Of a stretch of 43,463 nt of DNA, positions 12,168 through 25,486 are shown piece after piece. How positions within the stretch are numbered: position 1 is the stretch's first letter; every line of letters begins with the position of its first letter. The position numbers were made by a program, and so were the translations under genes. The DNA comes from Octopus bimaculoides (Eukaryota), in contig NC_068982.1 in NCBI RefSeq assembly GCF_001194135.2, positions 67,686,700-67,730,162 on the forward strand. The letters are read 5' to 3'. Under the pieces are notes generated by a model. The model was not told where the DNA came from. It saw only the letters and a program-made list of their open reading frames with translations, and made no database searches.

Positions 12168-12805
12168 ATCTATCTACTTGGCTATTTTCCGGGCACATAT
12201 AATATGTTATATGTAAGTACAATATAGAGTCACTCAAAATGTACTGCTTTGAGCTTCAAACGTCATCGTAAATTCGTATATAAATGGATCAAATCTATGC
12301 TACCAATCCATCGTCAGATATATATCGATCTGACCGCAAGGACGCCTCGTGCTTTATAAAAGTTAGTGAAATAAGTAAAAGTTGGTAAGGTGTCTAAAAT
12401 ATCAAAATTTAACAGTTCTCTCATGCACACAATTATAATAATTTTGATTTCTATACTGAATATTACTTTGTGTATCAGCTTTTCAATGTTTGTTCTTTAA
12501 TGCTTTGAAGTCATATCAACATTGCTGATTAATCCTACTGACTCGTTCGCTATCATCACCCCCCATCTCTCTCTCTCATTCTGCATATATTTTCAAAATG
12601 TAACTACATGTGGATCGTTGGCGATTTTTTTCCTCCGTCTTCCTTTTCTCTTGGACATTCCTCTGTCTCCTGTTTTTGAAGAAGAGCTTTGCTCGAAACG
12701 TAAAACTACCATTCTTTCCTTCTCTGAGCGTCTTTTAATACTTTGCATGTACCACATCATGTTTTTTCTTTTGTTTTTTCTTCGTTTTTGGGGGATTAAT
12801 TTATA

Positions 12806-12850
<45 letters not shown>

Positions 12851-13120
12851 GCGCGCACGCGCGCGCGCACACACACACACACATAATATCAGTATATATA
12901 TGTATGTATGTACATCAATGTGACTCTGCCCCATACAGTATAAAGTTCCAAAGAGAGGTAGATCACGTCCATCTCATCAAATATTAGGTGAAGAGATTTG
13001 AGATAAATTTAAGATGGCTTCTAGATGTTAGTCAGCTTAGATCACGTGCATAAATGTATGTATGTATACAAATGTGTATATATATGCATGTATGGATGGA
13101 TTGATGGATGGATGGATGTA

Positions 13121-14385
13121 CTAGGGTCGACTGAAATAATTTATAGGATGACCGAGATACTCTCATGGAAATTGACCAAATGAGATTTATTTATCAGCAT
13201 AGTCCCTCTTGTGGCTCACACACTTCTATCGCTGCCATAGGGCTTGGATTCTATTGGTGACGAAGTTTTCATTCGGTCGGTCAAAAAGTCATCAGCAGTA
13301 GATATCACGTCATCATTACTGCACTATTAGTTCCCGGTCAAGTGTATTTTCATGTTAGGGAATAGGTGATAGTCTGATGGGGCCAAATCAGGAGAATGTG
13401 GGTGAACAACCAGTTCAAAACCACAATCTCGCACAACAGTCGCTGAAACCAAGGGCTTATGAGCGGGAGCATTGTTCTGATGAAACTAGACACCTTTCGT
13501 CAGTTTTCTTGGACATGTAGTCTTGATAGCCTTTCGTAGCTGCCTCAGCAAGTTGGCACAGTACTCTCCACTGACGATGTGGCCGTTATGAAGACATTCA
13601 ATGAACACAGTGCCTGTTACATCTAAAAAAAAAAAAACTGAGGCCATGACCTTCCCTGCAGATGAAACGACATTGGCTTTCTTTCGGGCAGGTGAGGAGG
13701 GGTTTTCCACTACATGAACTGTTTCTTTGTCGTGATGAAACCAACACTTATCCTCGGTTAGGAAATGCCCGAGGAAACCAGTTAGATCTGCCTCAAACAC
13801 TGTCAGATTTTCCAGCAATGTGATCAGCCTTATACACATCTGATCAGGTACCAGAAGACGTGGAACCCAATCACCAGGAACATTCGACATACCAAGCTCA
13901 TTGCGCAGAATATTCTCAACTCTCTCATGGAATATGTTTATAACAGTGATTCGTTGATTTATAGTCAATCGTCTGTCATCCGACACCGTGTGGTGAACAT
14001 GATCAATGCTTTCCTCAGTGGTGGAAGTTGCAGGATGTCCAGACATTGGGTCAAGACTCTTCCGTCTCCTCCTAAATTCATCTGCCACCTTTGCAATTTT
14101 GATAAAGCTCGAGCATTATGGAGAAACCAAGCCTGCATGAAAGTCCTTGGGAGGAGAACACTTTTTCTGCAGGTACTTTATAACACCACAATGCCAAATT
14201 TTGTCAATTTCCAAGAGAAGTCGCTACGAGTTATTTTCTAAGTCTTACTTGAATAGCCAGGTGTCAGTTTAACTGGATGGAAATAATGCAGTTATTAATA
14301 AGGGTTGAAACAAATGCATGCAAGGTTTAAAAACTCTAGCATCACTCATTCATAGTCAACCTATGAACTTTTAAGCCCACCCTCG
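13121..14385 (-). mobile_element. Full-length degenerate mariner (Tc1/mariner) DNA transposon
   Basis: Transposase remnants include WVPRLL, TEDKCWFHH, SAGKVMASVF and HPHSPDLAP; imperfect TIRs CTAGGGTCGACTGAAATAATTTATAGGATGAC and (reverse complement) CGAGGGTGGGCTTAAAAGTTCATAGGTTGAC; TA on both flanks; 1265 bp. Confidence 0.9.
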
Positions 14386-14457
14386 TATGTATGTATGTAT
14401 GTATGTATGTACGTATGTATGTATGTATGTATGTATGTATGTATGTATGTATCTATC

Positions 14458-14508
<51 letters not shown>

Positions 14509-14561
14509 GCATGTATGTATGCCTGCATGCATACATGCATGCATGTACGTATGTATGCATG
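14386..14561. repeat. (TATG)n/(TATC)n compound microsatellite
   Basis: Direct inspection. Confidence 0.95.
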
Positions 14562-15226
14562 TTGTTATTCAGTTTATTTCAAGATCCTTTCCAATAGAGA
14601 AAGAATCGGTTTCTAACCTAGATCCAAGTCTCCTTCATTGGAATTTCAACATCCATAACAGGGTATTTTTGTATGTATGTATGTATGTATGTATGTATGT
14701 ATAGATGGATGGATGGATGGATGTAGATGCAAATTTGTATGTTTTATGGATGTATTCTCATGCATATAGCTGCATATCTAGACATGCTCATATATATTTA
14801 AATGATAAACTTCTGGAAAATTTTACAGATTTTTATAGTTCTAGGGATGGATTGGATCTGTATTCTTTGAATTAGCTTTCTCCTTTCTGGTTTTGAGAAG
14901 CTTAATTTCTCAAGATTGGTATTTAATCAGTGTGTTACATATCTCAGGGCCCCAATAATTACAGCTATAAACTTGAACTATTAATCTGGATAGAGTAACT
15001 GCAGATTTCTCAATAGTTCAGCATAAGTGTTCTCTTTTACACTGATCTTCAGTTTAATGTTAACATCCACTGGGAAGCTAATTTCCAGAACTGTGCAGTT
15101 TTCCCTCTCTATTTTATTGGGGTCTTCACTGGTACATTCCAATAGTATTACTTTTTATCATGAGTGGCTATGGCTTCTACCATACTGTGAGTTCTTATTT
15201 CTTTGCCCCAGAATTATCCTTCCGAC
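14562..15226 (-). mobile_element. 3' fragment of a second REL-type non-LTR retrotransposon family, embedded in (TATG)n
   Basis: Minus strand reads YYWNVPVKT..CTVLEISFPVDVNIKLKISVKENTYAELLRNLQLLYPD..FKFIAVIIGALRYV..EKLSFSKPERRKLIQ; conserved terminal ~100 nt; TATG arrays on both sides. Confidence 0.75.
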
Positions 15227-15267
15227 GTATGTATGTATGCATGTATGTATATATACTACATAAATAA

Positions 15268-15372
<105 letters not shown>

Positions 15373-15489
15373 ATGTGCACGCGCGGGTGTGTATGAGATT
15401 TAAATATCATTCTATCATCGGTTTCAGCCAGGTGCTGTGACTATACTGTGCCAGCGCCATAAGTGCTAACGTTTGTTTATTTTTGAGTC

Positions 15490-17130
15490 ACTTCCCGGTT
15501 TTGTCTCCGAAATCGGTTCTGGTGAAGTAATGAGTCGGACAGAGTTGCTCTTCTTTGTCGTGAAGTGAGTTCATCCGGTANNNNNNNNNNNNNNNNNNNN
15601 NNNNNNNNNNNNNNNNNNNNNNNNNNNNNNNNNNNNNNNNNNNNNNNNNNNNNNNNNNNNNNNNNNNNNNNNNNNNNNNNNNNNNNNNNNNNNNNNNNNN
15701 NNNNNNNNNNNNNNNNNNNNNNNNNNNNNNNNNNNNNNNNNNNNNNNNNNNNNNNNNNNNNNNNNNNNNNNNNNNNNNNNNNNNNNNNNNNNNNNNNNNN
15801 NNNNNNNNNNNNNNNNNNNNNNNNNNNNNNNNNNNNNNNNNNNNNNNNNNNNNNNNNNNNNNNNNNNNNNNNNNNNNNNNNNNNNNNNNNNNNNNNNNNN
15901 NNNNNNNNNNNNNNNNNNNNNNNNNNNNNNNNNNNNNNNNNNNNNNNNNNNNNNNNNNNNNNNNNNNNNNNNNNNNNNNNNNNNNNNNNNNNNNNNTATA
16001 TATATATATATCACTGCGTATCTTTCGCATCTTCTCTCCATGGAGTAGAACCTCAACTTTAACTTCATCCAGTTCTGTTGTACGAGACAATACTCTTTGT
16101 GCAGTGGCGCTGGATTGTTTCTTGTTCTGTTAATTTGACGCTTTGTGGTGACTATAATTGGGTGTGGCAATACAGGCGCAAAACACGTTATCCATAAGAG
16201 CATCATGGTTTCTCGCTTCCGTGTTCTGAATCATCTTAGAATTCAACAAGTCAGTCACCTACATTTTATTGGCATCATCGTAATATGCACATTGAATGAT
16301 GCATCACCAGTCATGTTGATTTCCTGGTCACGTACCGACTCTGATTCTGGGAATGCAATACTCTGTGATATTGCGTGTTCTGGTTGTAATTTTCTTGTGA
16401 GTTGATGTCAGAGTTCATGAAACCTGTCAGGATTGAACTGCATATTGTTTTATACAGCCCATTTGTATATTGCGTTTAAATCTTTCTGTAGTTCAAAGGT
16501 TTTCTTCAAGGCCCTTCTATGACACTTCTTTATCATTAGCATACTGATGAGAGTTCCTGGCTCTATGACTGAAGACAGGTCTGATACAGCCACCATGGAC
16601 AGCAGTGGGCCTAGTACAGTTCCTTAACATTGATTTCTTCTCGGAGAGTGCATCACTGGCTGCGATTGCTCGACTCCTATCTTTTAAAAATGCATAGAGT
16701 CATTTTCCTAGTTTTCCAACGACACGAAGCTCACACAGTTTGTGATGCATCACGTAATCAACTTTGTAGAAGGTCTCGGCAAAGTCGAAATACATCACAT
16801 CCACATTTGAACGGTTGAGCAGTTGTTTCAAACTTAATGCTGTTGTAATTATGTAAGGCAGCGACTTCCTGGACGGAAGCCATACTACATGTTAGTGGAC
16901 AAGCCATTTTCTTCTAAAAACATGATCAGATTCCTTCTTCCAATGCTTTCTATGGCTTTGCTGACATGTGAGGTCAGAGAAATAGTTTTAGCATCATCTC
17001 TTCTCCCTCCTTTGCGGACAGGGCATACATCTTCTTTTAACATTTTGGTACGTTTGCCACAAGTGAGGAAATTCTGGAAAAATATCTGCAGTGATTTAAC
17101 GAGAGCTTACTTTAAAAGAAAATTTTAGAA
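15490..17130 (-). mobile_element. Degenerate CR1-group LINE (RT to 3' end), interrupted by an N gap
   Basis: Minus strand gives VDVMYFDFAETFYKVD, GTVLGPLL and YANDK; the piece left of the gap reads PDELTSRQRRATLSDSLLHQ, resembling CR1-type ORF2 C-termini. Confidence 0.75.
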
Positions 17131-17258
17131 AACTGTATTTCTGTGTGTATCCATGCATGTGCGTGTATGTTGATACCAACAATGACTTGAATGGTGAATG
17201 TTCTATCATTCATTGGCAAAGTAGATGTGAACTTTACACGCTCGAAGAGATTTTCGTT

Positions 17259-17302
<44 letters not shown>

Positions 17303-18107
17303 NNNNNNNNNNNNNNNNNNNNNNNNNNNNNNNNNNNNNNNNNNNNNNNNNNNNNNNNNNNNNNNNNNNNNNNNNNNNNNNNNNNNNNNNNNNNNNNNNN
17401 NNNNNNNNNNNNNNNNNNNNNNNNNNNNNNNNNNNNNNNNNNNNNNNNNNNNNNNNNNNNNNNNNNNNNNNNNNNNNNNNNNNNNNNNNNNNNNNNNNNN
17501 NNNNNNNNNNNNNNNNNNNNNNNNNNNNNNNNNNNNNNNNNNNNNNNNNNNNNNNNNNNNNNNNNNNNNNNNNNNNNNNNNNNNNNNNNNNNNNNNNNNN
17601 NNNNNNNNNNNNNNNNNNNNNNNNNNNNNNNNNNNNNNNNNNNNNNNNNNNNNNNNNNNNNNNNNNNNNNNNNNNNNNNNNNNNNNNNNNNNNNNNNNNN
17701 NNNNNNNNNNNNNNNNNNNNNNNNNNNNNNNNNNNNNNNNNNNNNNNNNNNNNNNNNNNNNNNNNNNNNNNNNNNNNNNNNNNNNNNNNNNNNNNNNNNN
17801 NNNNNNNNNNNNNNNNNNNNNNNNNNNNNNNNNNNNNNNNNNNNNNNNNNNNNNNNNNNNNNNNNNNNNNNNNNNNNNNNNNNNNNNNNNNNNNNNNNNN
17901 NNNNNNNNNNNNNNNNNNNNNNNNNNNNNNNNNNNNNNNNNNNNNNNNNNNNNNNNNNNNNNNNNNNNNNNNNNNNNNNNNNNNNNNNNNNNNNNNNNNN
18001 NNNNNNNNNNNNNNNNNNNNNNNNNNNNNNNNNNNNNNNNNNNNNNNNNNNNNNNNNNNNNNNNNNNNNNNNNNNNNNNNNNNNNNNNNNNNNNNNNNNN
18101 NNNNNNN

Positions 18108-18165
<58 letters not shown>

Positions 18166-18239
18166 CTTTTAAATTTGTCTACGGGGAACATTTTGAATAT
18201 GCAAATAAAGCTCCCATTCTAATGATGCTGACTGGTGAA

Positions 18240-18818
18240 CCGGTTTTCTTTTTGGGTTGCATCAATACAATGTAGGATAAATATAGTAATAATAACAATA
18301 ACCCTTGGATGGAGCTATTGAGAAATTTGCTGTTATTCTACCCAGGTTTATACCTATAATTATTAGGGCACTGGGGTATGTAACACGCTGCCTAAATACC
18401 AATCAGGAGAAATTAGGTTTCTCAAAACCAGAAAGGAGAAAGCTAATTCAAAAACTACAGATCCAATCCATCACTGGGACTATAAACACCTGTAAAACTT
18501 TTTCAAAACATTATCATTTAAATATATATGAGCATGTCTGAATATGCAACTTTATGCATGAAAATACATAGATAAAACAAATCTGCATACATACATACAT
18601 ACATACAGACATACATACCATACCATACATACATACATACAAAATACATACAAAATACATACATATATACATACACGTACATACGTGCATACATACATAT
18701 ATACATACAAAATACCTTATTGATATTGTTGAATTCCCAATGAAGGAGCATTAGGTCTGGGTTAGAAACCGGCTCCTTCTCTATTGGTAAAAAAATCTTG
18801 AAATAAAACTGAATAATG
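18240..18818 (+). mobile_element. REL family copy (same as 14562-15226), ending in (CATA)n
   Basis: ORF 18305 FIPIIIRALGYVTRCLNTNQEKLGFSKPERRKLIQKLQIQSITGT; terminal module GGTTAGAAACCGG..CTATTGGTAA..CTTGAAATAAAACTGAATAATG. Confidence 0.75.
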
Positions 18819-19889
18819 ACATACATACATGCATGTTTCCTGATTCTGTGATAGATACGTTACATCTCACCTCGAAGAACATGCCTTCGCTATCCAGGAA
18901 CNNNNNNNNNNNNNNNNNNNNNNNNNNNNNNNNNNNNNNNNNNNNNNNNNNNNNNNNNNNNNNNNNNNNNNNNNNNNNNNNNNNNNNNNNNNNNNNNNNN
19001 NNNNNNNNNNNNNNNNNNNNNNNNNNNNNNNNNNNNNNNNNNNNNNNNNNNNNNNNNNNNNNNNNNNNNNNNNNNNNNNNNNNNNNNNNNNNNNNNNNNN
19101 NNNNNNNNNNNNNNNNNNNNNNNNNNNNNNNNNNNNNNNNNNNNNNNNNNNNNNNNNNNNNNNNNNNNNNNNNNNNNNNNNNNNNNNNNNNNNNNNNNNN
19201 NNNNNNNNNNNNNNNNNNNNNNNNNNNNNNNNNNNNNNNNNNNNNNNNNNNNNNNNNNNNNNNNNNNNNNNNNNNNNNNNNNNNNNNNNNNNNNNNNNNN
19301 NNNNNNNNNNNNNNNNNNNNNNNNNNNNNNNNNNNNNNNNNNNNNNNNNNNNNNNNNNNNNNNNNNNNNNNNNNNNNNNNNNNNNNNNNNNNNNNNNNNN
19401 NNNNNNNNNNNNNNNNNNNNNNNNNNNNNNNNNNNNNNNNNNNNNNNNNNNNNNNNNNNNNNNNNNNNNNNNNNNNNNNNNNNNNNNNNNNNNNNNNNNN
19501 NNNNNNNNNNNNNNNNNNNNNNNNNNNNNNNNNNNNNNNNNNNNNNNNNNNNNNNNNNNNNNNNNNNNNNNNNNNNNNNNNNNNNNNNNNNNNNNNNNNN
19601 NNNNNNNNNNNNNNNNNNNNNNNNNNNNNNNNNNNNNNNNNNNNNNNNNNNNNNNNNNNNNNNNNNNNNNNNNNNNNNNNNNNNNNNNNNNNNNNNNNNN
19701 NNNNNNNNNNNNNNNNNNNNNNNNNNNNNNNNNNNNNNNNNNNNNNNNNNNNNNNNNNNNNNNNNNNNNNNNNNNNNNNNNNNNNNNNNNNNNNNNNNNN
19801 NNNNNNNNNNNNNNNNNNNNNNNNNNNNNNNNNNNNNNNNNNNNNNNNNNNNNNNNNNNNNNNNNNNNNNNNNNNNNNNNNNNNNNNNN

Positions 19890-19940
<51 letters not shown>

Positions 19941-20294
19941 CACACGTACATACAGGCTGGCACACGTATACATGGACACACAGACATATGAATATATTAG
20001 TGTATGCATAAATGTATGATAACTTGTATCAATATAGCAGGGAGATTTCAAAAAGACCCCTGCTTATTTCATTATATAATATCGATTTCTCCCATAATAA
20101 TATTATGCAATACAGCAGCATATATAGGTCTACAGGTGCCTCTATGGATAATCATGAATATAATATTACTGTTTGTATTTTTAATATATTAACGCGAATA
20201 TATCGATTTTTATATAGTTATATTATACATATATATGTTTTAAATATATTTTACATATTTATCTATATTTACATGTACATACAGATATATCTAG

Positions 20295-20335
<41 letters not shown>

Positions 20336-20739
20336 NNNNNNNNNNNNNNNNNNNNNNNNNNNNNNNNNNNNNNNNNNNNNNNNNNNNNNNNNNNNNNNNN
20401 NNNNNNNNNNNNNNNNNNNNNNNNNNNNNNNNNNNNNATATGAGTTAGGATCATTAACATTGAGATATGATCATGACTTAAAACTACCAAATTTCCCTCC
20501 CATTCACCGACATTGTGGAAACGTGCTTTTTAAAGCAACATAGAGTCAAATGTTTGAATGGAATTACTTGGTGTGAACATTTATGTAAAGAATTATGTAT
20601 ATATATATATTTAATATGTTTTCATCTATGGACACCGTTTTATTTGATTTCTAATATTGGTCTCACGCATGTTAAACCTAAATTAGAAATATAAAAGATC
20701 GTGTTGTAAATAGTAATCAGTCGTTATATTTACGGAGTG

Positions 20740-21000
20740 AAGGCGCGTGACCTCGTGGTTGGGATGTTGCTCTCGTGATAGCAAGATCATGATTCGATTC
20801 TCGAGCAGAACGGTGGATTGTGTTTTTGAGAAAAACACTTCATTTCACGTGGCTCCAGTTCACTCAGCTGTAAATGTGTAACCGTGCCACAGACCGTCAC
20901 CATGTCTAGCGAGAATGTTGTGATCTCGGTCACGTACACACCATGGAAACCAAGTAATCACTTCCATGTGTTCTAGGACTCGAAACAGTAATGTTGAAGG
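20740..21000 (+). mobile_element. tRNA-derived SINE (family C)
   Basis: GGCGCGTGACCTCGTGGTTGGG (A-box-like), GATTCGATTCTC (B-box-like), TTGTGTTTTTGAGAAAAACACTTCATTTCACG core. Confidence 0.7.
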
Positions 21001-21782
21001 TTTAATGATGATGATTATGATGATCATGTATCTGCTATAGGTATTTTCTCATTTCTAATTATTTTGTATTTGATGCAACTTAATATCAATATGGTTTTAA
21101 CTGTAATCTGTAATCTTCTCGTCAACCTTTTTCCAAATTATGCTTTAATAATATTATTACTCCTTCTAAAATAACTGAAATAATACTCTTGGTATATCAT
21201 AGTTTTAATTTTGACACTTACGATCATGATAAAACAATGCGCAGGAAATAAGGATGACTTTTCAATGATAATGAATTGACTTTTGAAGTGAGACGAAATA
21301 GTTTTAACCGATGACTTACACACTCAGCTCTCCACGAACCTCAAACTTACTCTCTGAAGCAATAAATATCTAGAAACGACTTCATTCTAACACATTCTGT
21401 GTCTTTTCAATGTCCTCATTATTAAGGAAGACTAATTATGTTGATGTTACTAACAAGGAAATAAAAAAACCAGTTTATAACTTTAAAATGAGGACTTTCT
21501 TTCTGATATCCTAGTTTAGTGTATATATTTTCTTTAATCTTCAAAATTTTGAATTATTATAGATTTAATATCACCGAATCTCTTGACTTTTATATCTTGA
21601 AAAACATTTTCTGGTGTTCAAATCGATCTAATACATTGGCCCGAAATGTCAAAAGTTAAATGACATCAATAGAGAAATATTCAAAGAAATGAGACATGTT
21701 ATAAAAGGAATTATGCAATTTTATAATACACAAGCACACACACATACACGCGCGCGCGCGCTTATGTATGTACGTAGATATA

Positions 21783-22414
21783 TTCTTTTCTATTCTAGGA
21801 ACAAGGCCCGAAATTTTGGGGAAGGTGCCAGTTGATTAGATCGACCTCAGTATGCAACTGGTACTTCATTTATCNNNNNNNNNNNNNNNNNNNNNNNNNN
21901 NNNNNNNNNNNNNNNNNNNNNNNNNNNNNNNNNNNNNNNNNNNNNNNNNNNNNNNNNNNNNNNNNNNNNNNNNNNNNNNNNNNNNNNNNNNNNNNNNNNN
22001 NNNNNNNNNNNNNNNNNNNNNNNNNNNNNNNNNNNNNNNNNNNNNNNNNNNNNNNNNNNNNNNNNNNNNNNNNNNNNNNNNNNNNNNNNNNNNNNNNNNN
22101 NNNNNNNNNNNNNNNNNNNNNNNNNNNNNNNNNNNNNNNNNNNNNNNNNNNNNNNNNNNNNNNNNNNNNNNNNNNNNNNNNNNNNNNNNNNNNNNNNNNN
22201 NNNNNNNNNNNNNNNNNNNNNNNNNNNNNNNNNNNNNNAAGGTGCCAGTTGATTAGATCGACCTCAGTATGCAACTGGTACTTCATTTATCAACTCTGAA
22301 AGGATAAAAGGCAAAGTCGACCTCAGTGGAATTAAAACTCAGAAAGTAAAGACAGACAAAATAACGCTAAGCAATTCGCCCGGCGTGCTAACGTTTATGC
22401 CAGCTCGCTACCTT
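21783..22414 (-). mobile_element. SINE family A, split by a spurious gap
   Basis: AAAGGCAAAGTCGACCTCAGTGGAATT..GCCAGCTCGC; 53 nt are duplicated on both sides of the gap. Confidence 0.8.
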
Positions 22415-22550
22415 ATATACATAGATATATTACATACACGCATACATGCATGCATACATGCATGCCTACATACATACATACATACATACATGCATGCATG
22501 CATGCGTACATACATACGTGCATACATGCATACAAACATACATACATACA

Positions 22551-22599
22551 TTCTTGGCACTCCGTCGCTTACGACGTCGAGAGTTCCAGTTGATCCGAT
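22551..22599 (-). mobile_element. SINE family C 3' tail in a (CATA)n array
   Basis: TTCTTGGCACTCCGTCGCTTACGACGTCGAGAGTTCCAGTTGATCCGAT aligns with ~5805-5850; runs into a gap. Confidence 0.6.
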
Positions 22600-23172
22600 N
22601 NNNNNNNNNATACATACATACATACATACATACATACATACATGAATACATATATACATATATACATACGTACATACGTGTGTGTGTGTATCCTCCTAGG
22701 AAGTTGAATCTGCGATCCGATATCAATTTCCAATGTAAGGAATTTCACTTCAGATTATATCCCTTCTGAATTGTACTATGAACTACAATTTCTCCTCCAT
22801 TAAAATACTGGTTATTTATGTATACTTTAAAAGAAATGGATATATGTATACTACAAGATTATGTATAATGTGTGTATACACAACCACACATACGCACATA
22901 TACATACGTACACAAATGGGCTCTTCAATACACACATACTACATCACAGTTGTATATTATCTGAATGAAGAATAATATAGATGTGAAAATCAAGGTAATT
23001 TGGCTTGATACAGAAATATGGTACCTTAGCTTCGTATTTAGCTATTGTATATAGGTACAATATATATAGATAAATGTTGATTCGATAAAGAATCAGAAAC
23101 TAACGCCTACTATTTGTAAGAATGAAAATATGAAAATCCAATAAAACACTTTAAAATCTCCGCTGGACGCGT

Positions 23173-23242
<70 letters not shown>

Positions 23243-23560
23243 TAGATAGATAGATAGAGAGAGAGAGATTGTTAGATATCATGAAAACTCCAGTTTCAAG
23301 CTACTGCGATCTTCAGGCAAGAACTGATGATCGTAGTAGCATGAGTGTTGAATCGCTAGAAAAAATCTAAAAGTTTCAATACAAGCATATGCTATATATG
23401 CATACATACATATATACATAATAAAAGCTGATTGTCCTTCCTGGACAAAAAGAAAGCGGTGCGTCGATCTTCACAATGAATTCGTCTTATTGTCTGACCT
23501 GTTCATTCAGCGTTAGCTTATGTTTGGAATAACTACAAATTAACAATATTCAGATACTGT

Positions 23561-23775
23561 GAGGCGGTGAGCCAGCAGAATCGTTAACGCGCCGGGTAAA
23601 ATGCTATAGTCGCATTTCGTCCGTCTTTACGTTCTGAGTTTGAATTCCACGGAGGTTAATTTTGCCTTTTTCTTTCCGGGGTCAATAATATAAATACCAG
23701 TTGAACACAGGGGTCGGTTACATTGACCTATCTTCTATCCTAACATTGCTGGTCCTGTGCCAAAATTTGAAGCCA
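23561..23775 (+). mobile_element. SINE family A, full-length
   Basis: GGCGGTGAGCCAGCAGAATCGTTAACGCGCCGGGTAAAATGC..GGTCCTGTGCCAAAATTTGAA. Confidence 0.8.
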
Positions 23776-24184
23776 ATATTCTGACACTGTTCTAATGCAT
23801 GCAAAAAGGTTTCGCATTCTGCGCGCACCTTTAACAGATGTAAAATTCATCCCGAAGTGGCAGTGCCTCTGATAGCACTACAATTTCAGGGAAGTCAAAG
23901 AGTTACTGGTCGATAAACAAACCATTTAAAAAATTTTCCAGTTCTGATTTTTAATTATCTAAAGTTGTATATCACAAGACTGAAATAAATAAATAAAATA
24001 TACTTCCAGAGAAACAGCGAAATATATCAGGCTGCTATGAAATTACATTTATATGGTATCAGGACAGGCAATTAAAAAAAAAGTTTTTAAATATATATTT
24101 TTCGTTACCTGAAGCAATAAAATGGTATGTTAAACGAATTTTCATGCGCAAACACATATACATGCACAAGTATATCATGCACTC

Positions 24185-24312
<128 letters not shown>

Positions 24313-24330
24313 GCATGTATGAATGTCTCT

Positions 24331-24404
24331 TCTATTTTTTAGTTATAAATCTTCCACTGAGGAGGGAGCCGGTTTCCAACAAAGATACAGGGCTCCATCT
24401 TTGG
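24331..24404 (-). mobile_element. Terminal module of the (TATG)-associated REL family, degenerate
   Basis: AAATCTTCCACTGAGGAGGGAGCCGGTTTCCAACAAAGATACAGGGCTCC aligns with ~14575-14640; followed by (TATG)n. Confidence 0.55.
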
Positions 24405-24412
24405 TATGTATG

Positions 24413-24461
<49 letters not shown>

Positions 24462-24552
24462 GCATGTATGTATGCATGTGTGCATGTAGTACGTGCATAT
24501 GTTATTGCGTATGTATCGCTCTCTTTCTTACCCTCTTCTCTCTTTCTCTCAA

Positions 24553-24586
<34 letters not shown>

Positions 24587-24659
24587 TTGTTCTCTCCGTT
24601 TTTACTTTAACTTACAGCATATGGGAAGATTTATATTGGAACTGCTTTTATCTTTTGCC

Positions 24660-24855
24660 TTTTATTTGTTTCAGTCATTGGAGTGCGGCTATGCTGGAGC
24701 GCCGCCCTGATGCGTTTTAGTTGAACAAGCCTATTTCAGTTCTTATGTTTTACAATTTTTTAAAGTCTGGTACTTACGCTATCGTTCCCCTTTGCTAGTT
24801 ATGGGAACGTAAACAAACCAACACTGACTATCACGCGATGGTAGGTGACAAGCAC
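24660..24855 (-). mobile_element. SINE family B fragment
   Basis: TTGTTTCAGTCATTGGAGTGCGGCTATGCTGGAGCGCCGCC..AAGTCTGGTACTTA..AACGTAAACAAACCAACAC. Confidence 0.7.
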
Positions 24856-25486
24856 ACCCACAAAAATACCTACACATAAATAAGTACACAAAAAAACATT
24901 CGCTACGAGAACTGTGAACTACTTCTCAAAACCCATTCTGGTGTGCGCTGCGAAACTTGAAAAGAATACTGGATGCGTGGTATCAACATTTGAGCAATTT
25001 TAAAGGAACAAGTTTGATTACGTTGCAATTAAAGTTATAACCTCTTTTATAAAGGCCCGTTTCTTTTGAGTAGATCTCGTAATTCAGCACTATTGTTGCG
25101 TCATATCCAGGGAGAATATATGTATCTTATCTACTTAACGTTACAGAATCTTGGAAATGACTATTATCGAAATACATGAAAGGAAATAATATTACATATA
25201 ATTACATTGTTCCCGTAATTCTCTGAATAATCATTGAAGTCACATTGGTTTTCCAAGTTCCGAAACGAAGATATGATTTAATAAACGATGACAATGATAA
25301 TGCGTATGAATATAAGCGCATATAAAGACTATAACAGATAATACAGAAGAGCTATGCAAGGTAGATAAATTTCCAAAAGACCCCATCTGTATAGAAAGCA
25401 GCAGGGACCATTAAAACGTCAACTCCGTGATTATGCTGCGAAGAAAAAGATCAAAAATAATCATTGACTAATAATTATAATGGCTT

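Noticed and set aside
12593-12934. Basic 113-aa minus-strand ORF
   Set aside because: Half microsatellite; the remainder is purine-biased with no recognisable motif.
20740-20815. tRNA-like A/B boxes (also ~6040-6090, ~11700-11775, ~23561)
   Set aside because: SINE heads without a complete cloverleaf; not tRNA genes.
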